Source: Kiritimatiellia bacterium
GTDB lineage: Bacteria; Verrucomicrobiota; Kiritimatiellia; RFP12; UBA1067
NCBI GenBank assembly: GCA_050949565.1
Contig: JBMNFY010000007.1
Span: forward strand, 128,001-192,000
Length of the DNA: 64,000 bases
Reading direction: 5' to 3'
Shown: one piece after another, positions 29,440-39,098 of the stretch
Numbering within the stretch: position 1 is the stretch's first letter
How the letters are laid out: the number at the start of each line of letters is the position of its first letter
Made by a program: the position numbers and the translations under genes
Notes under the pieces: generated by a model
What the model saw: only the letters and a program-made list of their open reading frames with translations
Database searches by the model: none
What the model was told of the DNA's origin: nothing

Positions 29440-29935
29440 ATGAAGATGGGGTTGATACTCTTGGCCTTGATGCTTTGCCCGTCCGGCGGAATATGGGCCA
29501 ATGAGCGCCCGCAAATGCTCGACATTGCCGTCGGCGGTTTTGATGGTCCATCGTACAGCGTCACGCTTACAAACGGTGTCTTGGCATATCGATCCGGCGG
29601 AAGTATGTCTCTGCTCGCTCTTGGAGACAAAGCCGGAGATAGTCTCACCGACCGATTCCGAATGGAGAGCGTTCAGAACCTCGCGCGATCAGATCGGGGC
29701 CTGGAACTGGAAGACAAACTACGTGGACCCGAACGTACTGGATGGTACGGAATGGCATGTCATAGTGAAGTATGGCTCGAAGGCCGTTGAGAGTGAAGGA
29801 GCAAACGCTTATCCACACGGGAAGGGCGCAGATCCAGGCCCTGCCTTCAAAAAACTGCTGACCGCAGTGAGCAAATTGCTTTCGGAGAGAGAGTTCAAAT
29901 GCTGGTCGAATTTGAGGCCGGAGGGTACACACTAA
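29440..29935 (+). pseudogene. Secreted hypothetical protein, frameshifted near 29600
   Basis: Signal peptide plus GGFDGPSYSV (ORF 29440) continues as EWRAF...VLDGTEW...EGANAYP (ORF 29501). Confidence 0.7.
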
Positions 29936-29959
29936 GAATGAAATCAATTCTCGCGTGCG

Positions 29960-30302
29960 TGCACGGGCGAGATCGGCAACGGATACAGCGCCTGCCTGGC
30001 GGTCGCCTGCGAGAGCGGCGGCCGCCGGATCACGCCGTTGCACATGCGGCTGTGGTCGAGCGAGGCGGAGGGCTTCATCAGCCAGAACGGTGAGGTGCTC
30101 GGCGTCATCGACCGGATCAGCTCCCGCGCGAAGAAGCGCGGCGTCTACGTCATCGACCGAGGAGGCGACGGAGACTGGCTGTTCGACGGCCTCGGACGGC
30201 TCTGCGCCACAGAAAATGGAACGGCTACAAGCCGCCAGACCCCGAATCAAACCCGCTCGGACTGGTCTTTCTGGAATGACCAGATTTTTTGGGGAAACTC
30301 CT
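29960..30302 (+). mobile_element. IS remnant (internal transposase fragment plus probable right end)
   Basis: Matches the 13.1-13.6 kb fragment (VIDRGGDGDWLFDGL); TTTTTTGGGGAAACTCCT resembles an IS end. Confidence 0.7.
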
Positions 30303-30352
30303 TGCACCTAAAGCGTTGTTGGCCACGTCTAAATCGGGTATAGTATCCTTCC

Positions 30353-30862
30353 ATGATTCGGACGGGAATAGGGTATGACTCGCATCGGCTGGCCGAAGGG
30401 CGTCGTCTGGTTATCGGAGGGGTCGAGATTCCGCATACGTGCGGGCTGCTCGGGCACTCTGATGCTGACGTGCTGGTCCATGCGCTGTGCGATGCCTTGC
30501 TCGGTGCGGTCGCTGACGGCGATATAGGCACTCACTTCCCCGACCGCGATCCGCAGTGGGAAGATGCCGACAGCACGGTGTTGCTGCGCCAGGTGACGGA
30601 GCGTTTAACGCAGGCGGGCTGGCGCATTCTGAATACGGATGCCACGGTCGTGACTGAAGCGCCGCGCCTGGCGCCCTACATCCCTTCGATGCGGACGCGA
30701 CTGGCCGAGGTGATGGGGCTTGAGCCGTCGCGTGTGTCTGTCAAAGCCAAGAGCAATGAGGGCATGGATGCCGTCGGCCGCCGTGAGGGCATCGCCGCCA
30801 TGGCGGTGGCGACGGTCTGCCGTGCCTCTGCCGCCAACCTTTCACTTTCAGGAGATCAATAA
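30353..30862 (+). CDS. ispF: 2-C-methyl-D-erythritol 2,4-cyclodiphosphate synthase
   Basis: GIGYDSH, GHSDADV, GDIGTHFPD motifs. Confidence 0.97.
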   Translation: MIRTGIGYDSHRLAEGRRLVIGGVEIPHTCGLLGHSDADVLVHALCDALLGAVADGDIGTHFPDRDPQWEDADSTVLLRQVTERLTQAGWRILNTDATVVTEAPRLAPYIPSMRTRLAEVMGLEPSRVSVKAKSNEGMDAVGRREGIAAMAVATVCRASAANLSLSGDQ

Positions 30863-30864
30863 CT

Positions 30865-32271
30865 ATGCACATTTACAACAGCCTGTCGCGCACCAAAGAG
30901 GAGTTGCGACCGATCGAGCCCGGCCATGTGAAGTTTTACACATGCGGGCCGACCGTCTACAACTTTGCGCATATCGGCAATTTCCGCGCCTACACCTTTG
31001 AGGATATCCTGCGGCGCGTCATCCTTTACAATGGCCTGCGGGTGACACAGGTGATGAATCTGACGGATATCGATGACAAGACGATCTGCGGCGCACAGGA
31101 AAAAGGCGTACCGCTGAAAAGTTTCACCAAGCCCTATATCGATGCGTTTTTCGATGACCTCAAGGCGTTGAACATTCAACCGGCCGAGCACTATCCGGCG
31201 GCGACCGACCACATTCCCGAGATGATCGCGCTGATCGCCAAGCTCTTCGAGCGCGGACTGGCCTACACCTCTGAGGACGGCTCGGTCTACTTCAGCGTGG
31301 ACAAGCTGCCGGGCTACGGCAAACTGGCGCGTCTCGACCGCCAAAATCTGCGGGCCGGTGCGCGCGTGGCGCAGGATGAGTATGAGAAGGAGAGCTACGG
31401 CGACTTTGCGCTGTGGAAGGCCTGGGACGAGGGCGATGGCGAGGTGGCATGGGATTCGCCGTGGGGTAGGGGGCGGCCGGGCTGGCACCTGGAGTGCTCG
31501 GCGATGTCTATGCACTATCTGGGCGAAACCTTCGACCTGCACACCGGCGGCATCGACAATCTCTTTCCGCATCACGAGAACGAGATCGCGCAGTCTGAAG
31601 GTGCGACCGGCAAACCGTTTGTGACCTACTGGATGCACTGCGCGCATCTGCGCGTCAACGGCGAGAAGATGTCGAAATCGCTCGGTAACTTTTTCACCTT
31701 GCGCGACCTGATCGAGAAAGGCTGGAGCGGGCGTGAGATCCGCATGGTGTTGATCAACGGCCACTACCGTCAGCCGCTCAACTTTACCTTTGACGCGCTG
31801 GAGGCGGCGCGCACCGCGTTGGCCCGTATCGACGAGTGTGTGGACGCGCTTGAAGAGTACGCGGACGGTGCCGCGCCTGCCGACAGCGTGCCGGTCTGGG
31901 CGTCCGAGGCGCGCGATGCGTTCACGGCGGCGGTCAACGACGACCTCAATATCCCGGAGGCGTTTGCCGCGCTGTTCGCGTTGGTGCGCGGCAGCAACAG
32001 CGCGCTGCGTGACGGCAAGCTGAGTGCTACCGACGCGGCGGCGTTGCTGACGCTTTTCGACCGCATGGACAGCGTACTGGGCGTGATCCGGTTCGGCCGG
32101 GCCGCGCGTACGGATGCGGTACCCGCCGAGATCACGGCGCTGGTCGAGGCGCGCGCGGCGGCGCGTGCCGCCAAAGAGTGGGCGGAGTCCGACCGTCTGC
32201 GTGACGAGCTGGCCGCCAAGGGATGGGAGGTCCGCGATTCCAAAGAGGGCCAGAAACTAAAGAAGCTGTAA
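30865..32271 (+). CDS. cysS: Cysteine--tRNA ligase
   Basis: CGPTVY, HIGN, PGWHLECS, KMSKS motifs. Confidence 0.98.
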   Translation: MHIYNSLSRTKEELRPIEPGHVKFYTCGPTVYNFAHIGNFRAYTFEDILRRVILYNGLRVTQVMNLTDIDDKTICGAQEKGVPLKSFTKPYIDAFFDDLKALNIQPAEHYPAATDHIPEMIALIAKLFERGLAYTSEDGSVYFSVDKLPGYGKLARLDRQNLRAGARVAQDEYEKESYGDFALWKAWDEGDGEVAWDSPWGRGRPGWHLECSAMSMHYLGETFDLHTGGIDNLFPHHENEIAQSEGATGKPFVTYWMHCAHLRVNGEKMSKSLGNFFTLRDLIEKGWSGREIRMVLINGHYRQPLNFTFDALEAARTALARIDECVDALEEYADGAAPADSVPVWASEARDAFTAAVNDDLNIPEAFAALFALVRGSNSALRDGKLSATDAAALLTLFDRMDSVLGVIRFGRAARTDAVPAEITALVEARAAARAAKEWAESDRLRDELAAKGWEVRDSKEGQKLKKL

Positions 32272-32272
32272 C

Positions 32273-33019
32273 ATGAATCGTGGCGTTTTCATTACCTTTG
32301 AGGGCCCCGAGGCCAGCGGCAAGAGCACGCACATCCGGCTGCTGGCCGAGCGGCTGCGCGAGCGCGGTATCACGGTGACGTTGACGCGCGAGCCGGGCGG
32401 CACGCCGCTGTGCGAGGCGATCCGGCGTCTGCTGCAACACGACGGCTCGGGTGAAGCGCCGGTGCCGCAGGCGGAAGTTTTGTTGTTCCTCGCCAGCCGG
32501 GCGCAGCATGTCGCGCGCGTGATTGAGCCTGCTTTGGCGCGCGGCGAGTGGGTGCTGTGCGACCGTTTCAGCGACTCCACGCTGGCGTATCAGGGATACG
32601 GGCGCGGGTTTGATCTGGCGCAGCTCCGCGCAATCGATGCGTTTGCCACCCGCGAGCGAACGCCCGATTTGACCGTGCTGTTGGATGTGACACCGGAGAC
32701 AAGCCGTCAGCGCCTGCGCACGCGGCAGGTGGAGAACGCAGCGGCGCCGGATCGCATCGAGCGCGAGGCGGATGCCTTTCATGCGCGGCTGCGCGCCGGT
32801 TTTCTGGAACTGGCGGCAACGGAGCCTGAGCGTTTTGTGGTTTTGACGACGGAGCGCGAGCCCGATGAGGTCGCGGCGGAGATTCTGGCGGCGATTGACC
32901 GCCGTTTTTTCAAAGGTGGTGTCGGCACCCTCCCTTGTGGCATGGGCGTCCCGCCCATGAAACACGGGCAAGATGCCCGTGCCACACCTGCAAGCAAGGG
33001 AGCGGAAGATGCCGAATGA
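32273..33019 (+). CDS. tmk: Thymidylate kinase (C-terminus reads through a REP-like repeat)
   Basis: FITFEGPEASGKST, TREPGGT, DRFSDSTLAYQG motifs. Confidence 0.96.
   Translation: MNRGVFITFEGPEASGKSTHIRLLAERLRERGITVTLTREPGGTPLCEAIRRLLQHDGSGEAPVPQAEVLLFLASRAQHVARVIEPALARGEWVLCDRFSDSTLAYQGYGRGFDLAQLRAIDAFATRERTPDLTVLLDVTPETSRQRLRTRQVENAAAPDRIEREADAFHARLRAGFLELAATEPERFVVLTTEREPDEVAAEILAAIDRRFFKGGVGTLPCGMGVPPMKHGQDARATPASKGAEDAE
32936..32999 (+). repeat. REP-like palindromic element, copy 1
   Basis: TGTGGCATGGGCGTCCCGCCCATGAAACACGGGCAAGATGCCCGTGCCACA; two internal hairpins; three copies in the window. Confidence 0.85.
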
Positions 33020-33980
33020 CGACACCTTCAAGATGGTGAAGCGTGCGCTGGATTCGGGACGTCCGGCCAACGCATACCTGATAGTGGGGCCGGTGCGCGG
33101 GATTGCCATGGATCTGGCGGTGCGCATTCTGCAGGCGCTGTTCTGCCAATCGGAAGAGAAGCCGTGCGGGACTTGCGACGGATGCAGGCGGGTCGTCGAA
33201 CGGAGCGAGCCGGATATCCACTGGATTTTCCCCGAGAAAAAATCGCGGATCATTGGCATAGACCAGATTCGTGAAAATTTGATCAACGAGATCACACAAA
33301 CCGCATTCCGCGACGGCTGGAAAGCCGGTGTGCTGGTCGGCGTAGACCGTTTGAATGAAGCTTCGGCCAACGTCTTCCTGAAAACACTCGAGGAGCCGCC
33401 GCAACGGACGCTGTTTTTGCTGTTGACCGACGCACCGCAGCAATTGCTGCCGACGATCGTGTCGCGGTGCCAGCGTGTCGATCTAAACGCGGTGCGCGAG
33501 CTGGACGAGCCGTGGCGCGGCAGGGTGATCGAGACGTTGGCGAGCCCGCTGCTGAGATCGCCGATCGAGAGACAGGTGATGGCCGGCATGCTCTTTGCGA
33601 TTCTGGCAGAGATGAAGGAGAAGGCCGAGCAGTTGGTCAAGGAGGAGGACGCGGCGAGCGCGGTGGTGGAAGAGGAAGACCAGGACGTGTTCGAAGCGCG
33701 TGTTAGAGCCCGTTATCTGGAGATGCGGACCGACTTTTTGCTGACGGTGATGCGCTGGTTTCGGGACCTGATGTTGATCACGTCGGGCGGTGCCGACGAG
33801 CTGGTCTACCATGCATCACAACTCGCGGTGCTCAAGGAGCGCGGCGCACGGTTGACCTTGGCGCAGGCGCTCTACAATGTGGCGGCGGTCGAGGAGTTGG
33901 CGCGGCAGATGGAACGCAATCTCTCCGAAGAGAACGTGCTGGCCTATACGCTGGATCGTATCAATCATGGGGTGGCATAA
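33009..33980 (+). CDS. holB: DNA polymerase III delta' subunit
   Basis: C...CGTCDGC zinc motif, ANVFLKTLEEPP, TIVSRC; follows tmk. Confidence 0.92.
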   Translation: MPNDDTFKMVKRALDSGRPANAYLIVGPVRGIAMDLAVRILQALFCQSEEKPCGTCDGCRRVVERSEPDIHWIFPEKKSRIIGIDQIRENLINEITQTAFRDGWKAGVLVGVDRLNEASANVFLKTLEEPPQRTLFLLLTDAPQQLLPTIVSRCQRVDLNAVRELDEPWRGRVIETLASPLLRSPIERQVMAGMLFAILAEMKEKAEQLVKEEDAASAVVEEEDQDVFEARVRARYLEMRTDFLLTVMRWFRDLMLITSGGADELVYHASQLAVLKERGARLTLAQALYNVAAVEELARQMERNLSEENVLAYTLDRINHGVA

Positions 33981-33990
33981 TGGAGAAGCG

Positions 33991-34869
33991 ATGGTAGCGG
34001 TCGCACGTGTACGGATGCCTGAAAACGGCGTTTTTCAATGCCGTGTGCCGGAAGCATTGACGTTGCTGCCCGGCGACCGCTGTCTGGTTGAATTGGATTA
34101 CGGGCTGGATATCGGAACGGTGCTTTATCTGTACGGGATAAGCGAGGGGGTAGGGGAGGAGGACAGGACGCCGGCCTACCGTGTGGTGCGGAAGTGTTCG
34201 GAAAACGAGTTGGCGCGTGAGGCCGAACAGGCGGAGCGCGCGGAGAAAGCCAAGCAGGCCTTCATGTTGTCGGCGCGCCACGAGAAAGGCCATGTCAAGG
34301 TGTTGCACGCACGCTTTTCATACGGCGGCGGTCGTTTCTTTATCCGTTACACGGCGCAGGTGCCCGTGGACTTGCGGCGTTTTGTCGGGCAGGTCCAGCG
34401 TGATTTTAAAACGCAAGTGGATCTCTGGCAGGTGGGGGTGCGCGACGAGGCGGCCCTTATCGGTTGCTTGGGGACGTGTGGACGTGCGGTGTGCTGCTGC
34501 ACATGGCAACGTCAGTTTCAGTCGGTCAACGTGCGGATGGCCAAAACGCAGGAGATGTCGTTAAATCCTGGGTCGATCAACGGGACGTGCGGACGGCTGA
34601 AATGCTGTCTGCGTTTTGAGTATGAGCAGTACCGCGTTGCTGGTGAGTTGCTGCCTGATCACGGCAGCCTGGTGCGTTGCGAGGAGCATGAGGAAGCCGA
34701 GGGCGTAGTGATAGGACGCGATGTGATGCGCGGACGAATCACCGTACGCACGACGGATGGACGCTATCTCACCGTGGCGGCCGACCGTGTGACCGTTAAG
34801 GATAGGGCGATTCGCGATGAACGCGCCGAGGAGGAGGAGGAAGAAGAACGTGAGGATTTTGCTGATTAA
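33991..34869 (+). CDS. ricT: PSP1-domain RicT/YaaT family protein
   Basis: VGVRDEA, GTCGRAVCC, GTCGRLKCCLRFE; tmk-holB-ricT synteny. Confidence 0.88.
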   Translation: MVAVARVRMPENGVFQCRVPEALTLLPGDRCLVELDYGLDIGTVLYLYGISEGVGEEDRTPAYRVVRKCSENELAREAEQAERAEKAKQAFMLSARHEKGHVKVLHARFSYGGGRFFIRYTAQVPVDLRRFVGQVQRDFKTQVDLWQVGVRDEAALIGCLGTCGRAVCCCTWQRQFQSVNVRMAKTQEMSLNPGSINGTCGRLKCCLRFEYEQYRVAGELLPDHGSLVRCEEHEEAEGVVIGRDVMRGRITVRTTDGRYLTVAADRVTVKDRAIRDERAEEEEEEEREDFAD

Positions 34870-35305
34870 TGGGCCTAATCTAAAACTGCTCGGCACGCGC
34901 GAGCCATCCATCTACGGCCACGAGACATTGGAGCAGATCGTGGCGCGCGTGAAGGCCGCCGCGGCGGCGAAGGGCGTGACGCTCGACGCCGTGCAGAGCG
35001 ATGTCGAAGGCGAACTTGTGTCGGCGATCGGTAAGGCACGCGGCGTGTATGATGGTATTTTGATCAATCCGGCAGCTTACACGCACACCAGTGTGGCGGT
35101 GCGCGATGCGATCGCGGCCAGCGGTTTGCCCACCGTTGAAGTGCATCTTTCGAACACACATAAGCGCGAAGGGTTCCGTCATATCAGTCTGACGGCCCCG
35201 GTCTGCGCGGGCCAGGTAATGGGGTTCGGTGGCGCGGGTTATCTGCTTGCGCTGGACGGGTTATTGCATGTTTTAAACGCGCATCAGGAGAAAACGGTAT
35301 CATGA
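34850..35305 (+). CDS. aroQ: Type II 3-dehydroquinate dehydratase
   Basis: INGPNL..LGTREP..YG, NPAAYTHTSVA, EVHLSN motifs; GTG start. Confidence 0.96.
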   Translation: MRILLINGPNLKLLGTREPSIYGHETLEQIVARVKAAAAAKGVTLDAVQSDVEGELVSAIGKARGVYDGILINPAAYTHTSVAVRDAIAASGLPTVEVHLSNTHKREGFRHISLTAPVCAGQVMGFGGAGYLLALDGLLHVLNAHQEKTVS

Positions 35306-36222
35306 GCAAGGAAAAGGCTTCGGTAAAACTATGGATCGTAGGCTCGATCGGAATCGACGACATCAAAACCCGCACTGCTGATCGCAAAAATCTGTTGGGC
35401 GGCTCGGTGCCTTACAGCACGGTGGCGGCTTCCTTTTTCACAAAGACAGGCGCGGTGGGGGTGGTGGGGTCCGATTTTCCGGCCGCGTTTGATCGCCGCT
35501 GGCAAGCGTTCGGCATTGACCTCACCGGTGTACAGCGTCAGCAGGGCAGCACATTCCGTTGGGCGTGTGAGTATGACGACAACATGATCGAGCGGACTAC
35601 ATTGAAGACCGAACTGGGGGTCTTTGCGTCGTTCATGCCTGAACTGCCGGCGGCTTACCGTACAGCGCCGTTCGTGCTGCTGGGCAACATTCAGCCCGAG
35701 CTGCAGATGCATGTGCTAAAACAGGCGGATGGGGCGAAGTTTGTAGCGCTGGACACGATGAACTTGTGGATCGAGACCGCACGTCCGGCCTTGCTGAAGG
35801 TGATCCGGCGGGTGAATCTGCTCACGGTGAACGATGGCGAGGCGCGCCAACTAACCGGCAAGTGGAATCTGAGAGAATGCGCCGAAGCGATCCTCAAGAT
35901 GGGACCGAGTTATGCGGTGATCAAAAAGGGCGAGCATGGTGCTCTGCTGTTTTCAAAGGACGGCGTGTTCATTGTGCCGGCTTACCCGGTGCGCAAATTG
36001 GTGGACCCGACCGGCGCGGGGGATTCCTATGCGGGCACCTTCATGGGGTATCTGGCGCGGGCAGGACGCGTTTCGGACGGCATCTTGCGCAAGGCGCTTG
36101 TGCATGCCAGCGCGGTAGCCTCATTTGGCGTAGAGGGCTTCAGCCTCGAACGTTTCCAGAAACTGTCGACACCGGATATTCAGGTACGTGTCGACGAACT
36201 GAAGAGCATGGTGAAAGTGTGA
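35302..36222 (+). CDS. PfkB-family carbohydrate/nucleoside kinase
   Basis: GGS, DPTGAGDSY motifs. Confidence 0.92.
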   Translation: MSKEKASVKLWIVGSIGIDDIKTRTADRKNLLGGSVPYSTVAASFFTKTGAVGVVGSDFPAAFDRRWQAFGIDLTGVQRQQGSTFRWACEYDDNMIERTTLKTELGVFASFMPELPAAYRTAPFVLLGNIQPELQMHVLKQADGAKFVALDTMNLWIETARPALLKVIRRVNLLTVNDGEARQLTGKWNLRECAEAILKMGPSYAVIKKGEHGALLFSKDGVFIVPAYPVRKLVDPTGAGDSYAGTFMGYLARAGRVSDGILRKALVHASAVASFGVEGFSLERFQKLSTPDIQVRVDELKSMVKV

Positions 36223-36331
36223 CAGATGTGGTAAGTGGTCAGAGGCGCGGTGGTTGATCACATTGACATCGACAAGGACCCGATTTTTCGGCAATATGGA
36301 CGACGTATTTCTTGGTAAGTACTAGTATGGA

Positions 36332-39097
36332 GTGAGGATGATGGACGACGTTCACAACGATTCCAACATTTTAACAGATCCGGTGGCTTCAGCGGCATGT
36401 CCGAAATGCGGGGCAATGCTGGGTGTGAAAGGGCTGCCGCCCTTCAGCGTCGTGCAGTGTCCGACCTGCCAGTTTGAATTTCAGGTTCCGGCCCGTTTTG
36501 GCACCTTCATGCTCTTGCAACTGTTGGGAGCGGGTGGAATGGGCGGTGTCTATCGGGCGCGCGACGAGGGCCTGAACCGCGAAGTGGCGATTAAAGTCAT
36601 GCTCAAGAGCCTCGGCGACGACCCGCAGTTTGTCGAGACATTCCAGCGTGAAGCCCAGGCTGCCGCGCGTTTGAACCATCGGCACATCGCCCAGATCTAT
36701 TCGTTCGGCCAAGAAAAGGGACAGCCCTACATTGCGATGGAACTGGTTTCCGGTGGTAGCCTAGACAAGATGATGGCCGAGCAGGGGCCGCTCGATCCGA
36801 CTGTGGTGATTCATGTCGGCGCGCAAATCGCCGAGGGCCTGAGTATGGCCGCCGATGCCGGCATGGTGCATGGCGATGTGAAGCCTGAGAATATTTTGTT
36901 CGATACTGACAAGAACGCCAAGCTGGTGGACTTCGGTCTTTCGGCCATGCAAAGCGGCCCCGGAAACGAAGTGTGGGGGACTCCGTATTACATTGCGCCC
37001 GAAAAGGTGCGCCGTCAAAAGAGCGACTACCGCTCCGATATCTACAGCCTTGGCGGAACGCTCTACCATGCGATCACAGGAGTGCCGCCTTTTGAAGGCG
37101 TCGATGCCACGGCTGTGGTCAAAGCCCGTTTCGAAGGTCCGCCCAAACCGATGAGCGAGATTCGCGATGGGATTCCGAAAGAGGTTGAGGCCATCATTGC
37201 GCGCATGCTGGAGGTCGAACCCCAAACACGTTTCCCCACATACGGTTCGCTACTGGGCGATATGAAGCGTTATCTGTCCAAAGCCGGCCCGGTAAAGATG
37301 GAAAAAAGCAGCAAGCGGATCGTGCTCAAGGGCAAGCGTGGCGTGACCGGCAAAGTGTCCGCAACCGGTATGCTTGCTGCAACGGGGAGCATGACCGGCA
37401 ACGTGGACGAAGTGCCTGCAGATATGACGCCGGTGGAGGCCATTGAAGAGGTACAAGAAACGGAAGAAGAGGCCGGAAAGCGCGGCTGCCGGATGATGGG
37501 ATTGATCATCGGTGGTGTTGTTGCGTTGGTGGTGGTGCTGGGCCTTATTGTGTTCGGCGTGATGAAGCACTCGGAACGCAAAAAAGCGAATGCCGAGCAG
37601 GCGCAACTTGTAGCGACCCAAGATAAGGCGAGAACTTCCATCGCCACGGCTGTGGCCAATGCAAAAGTTTTGGTCGAGAGGATGCAGGGGTTCGTTCCAG
37701 AAGCCATGGGCTACCCGAAAGAAGCGGCGGATGAGGTCGTCAAGGCTTTGGGCGAGGAGGCTCGCGCACTCATGGTGCCGCCAGAGCCGGACGACAGCGC
37801 CATCGCTGTTGCGGCCGACGGTGGACAAGCGGCGGTACCCGCTGACGCCATCCCGCTGGACCCGGCCCAGCTTGCGGAACTTACCAAGCTGTTGCCGCCC
37901 GAGGCGGCCAAGATGCTCGAAGGACTCGACAAATTGCCGCCCGACCAAGTGATGGCCAAGCTGGACGAGATCACCAAGGCATTGCCGGCCGACCAGATGG
38001 CATCGTTAACGAACAAACTGGCGACACTCATGGAGACGATGGCGGAGGGTATGGCCAAGGGCATTGCGGAAGGCATGGCGGCGATGCTAACAAACGCGCC
38101 GGTGCAGGCCGCACAGCCGCCGGCTCAGCCTGCTGCGGCAGAAACTGCTCAAGATGATGCTCATCCCGTGATCGCCATCGTACGCGGTATGTATCTCGAT
38201 GCTTACTCGATAAAGAGCGCGGCCGCGCTGGCCGAAAGGAAACTACAGGAAATCGAGCAAAAGGCAAAGGAGGCCGAGCAGTTTACGCAGGTCACCAAAC
38301 AGGACACGGAAGCGATCGCCAACCTTAATAATGAGTTGGTCAGGTATATCAACAGCCTCGGTAACGAGTCTGCCTTTACTGAAGCCCCGCGTAAGGTGTC
38401 GCAACTCCGGCGTACTTTGGAAAGTGTTAAGACCGAGGTCGCGTCCTTGATCGAAATCAAGCGCCGAGAAGCCATCGAAGCCGAAAAACAGAAACAGGCT
38501 GAGGAAGAGGCAGAGAAAAAGCGCCAAGAGAAAGAGGCGTATGAGAAAAAAGTGGCCGAGGAACGAGCGCGGGTCGTCGAAGCAGAGGAGGCAAGTGTCG
38601 AGGAGCTTAGGCAATTGAAGTTCCGCGAAGTCTTCCGTGCGTTGAGAGAACTCAAAGAAAACTTGGAAACCCCAGAAGCACAAGATACGGCCTCTGTGGC
38701 GATTGACCGTGTCACCCGCATCAAGGATTTCCACGAGTATTTGGTCTCAGCCGTGCCGGGCTTCAAATCAGCGCGTGGATGGTCGGTTGACAGTGCAGAT
38801 GCCAGAAGCCTCACGGTTGGCGGCCGTAAAATTCCTTGGGTCGATGTGTATAAAGAGCGCCTCGACATTGTCGGCGAGTTGATCAATGAGCTTGCTGCGA
38901 ATCCGGAAAACACCAAGAAGCTGAGCTTGCGTGAGCGGACACGCGTCATGACCAACGCCGCGCTTTGCATGAATTTCTTCTACAAGGAGTTTCCATCGGC
39001 CAAGGAGCGCGCCAAGACGTTAGCGACCGAGGCGGCGCGCCTTTTCGATATCGATGCTGACATCATCAAGGGTCTGCTTCCGGAGTTTTTTGAATAA
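36332..39097 (+). CDS. Hanks-type Ser/Thr protein kinase with N-terminal zinc ribbon, TM helix and large helical C-terminal domain
   Basis: CPKC...CPTC, LGAGGMGGVY, VAIK, HGDVKPEN, DFG, GTPYYIAPE motifs. Confidence 0.93.
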   Translation: MRMMDDVHNDSNILTDPVASAACPKCGAMLGVKGLPPFSVVQCPTCQFEFQVPARFGTFMLLQLLGAGGMGGVYRARDEGLNREVAIKVMLKSLGDDPQFVETFQREAQAAARLNHRHIAQIYSFGQEKGQPYIAMELVSGGSLDKMMAEQGPLDPTVVIHVGAQIAEGLSMAADAGMVHGDVKPENILFDTDKNAKLVDFGLSAMQSGPGNEVWGTPYYIAPEKVRRQKSDYRSDIYSLGGTLYHAITGVPPFEGVDATAVVKARFEGPPKPMSEIRDGIPKEVEAIIARMLEVEPQTRFPTYGSLLGDMKRYLSKAGPVKMEKSSKRIVLKGKRGVTGKVSATGMLAATGSMTGNVDEVPADMTPVEAIEEVQETEEEAGKRGCRMMGLIIGGVVALVVVLGLIVFGVMKHSERKKANAEQAQLVATQDKARTSIATAVANAKVLVERMQGFVPEAMGYPKEAADEVVKALGEEARALMVPPEPDDSAIAVAADGGQAAVPADAIPLDPAQLAELTKLLPPEAAKMLEGLDKLPPDQVMAKLDEITKALPADQMASLTNKLATLMETMAEGMAKGIAEGMAAMLTNAPVQAAQPPAQPAAAETAQDDAHPVIAIVRGMYLDAYSIKSAAALAERKLQEIEQKAKEAEQFTQVTKQDTEAIANLNNELVRYINSLGNESAFTEAPRKVSQLRRTLESVKTEVASLIEIKRREAIEAEKQKQAEEEAEKKRQEKEAYEKKVAEERARVVEAEEASVEELRQLKFREVFRALRELKENLETPEAQDTASVAIDRVTRIKDFHEYLVSAVPGFKSARGWSVDSADARSLTVGGRKIPWVDVYKERLDIVGELINELAANPENTKKLSLRERTRVMTNAALCMNFFYKEFPSAKERAKTLATEAARLFDIDADIIKGLLPEFFE

Positions 39098-39098
39098 C

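Noticed and set aside
32132-33640. 502-aa minus-strand ORF
   Set aside because: Antisense to the clearly identified cysS, tmk and holB genes
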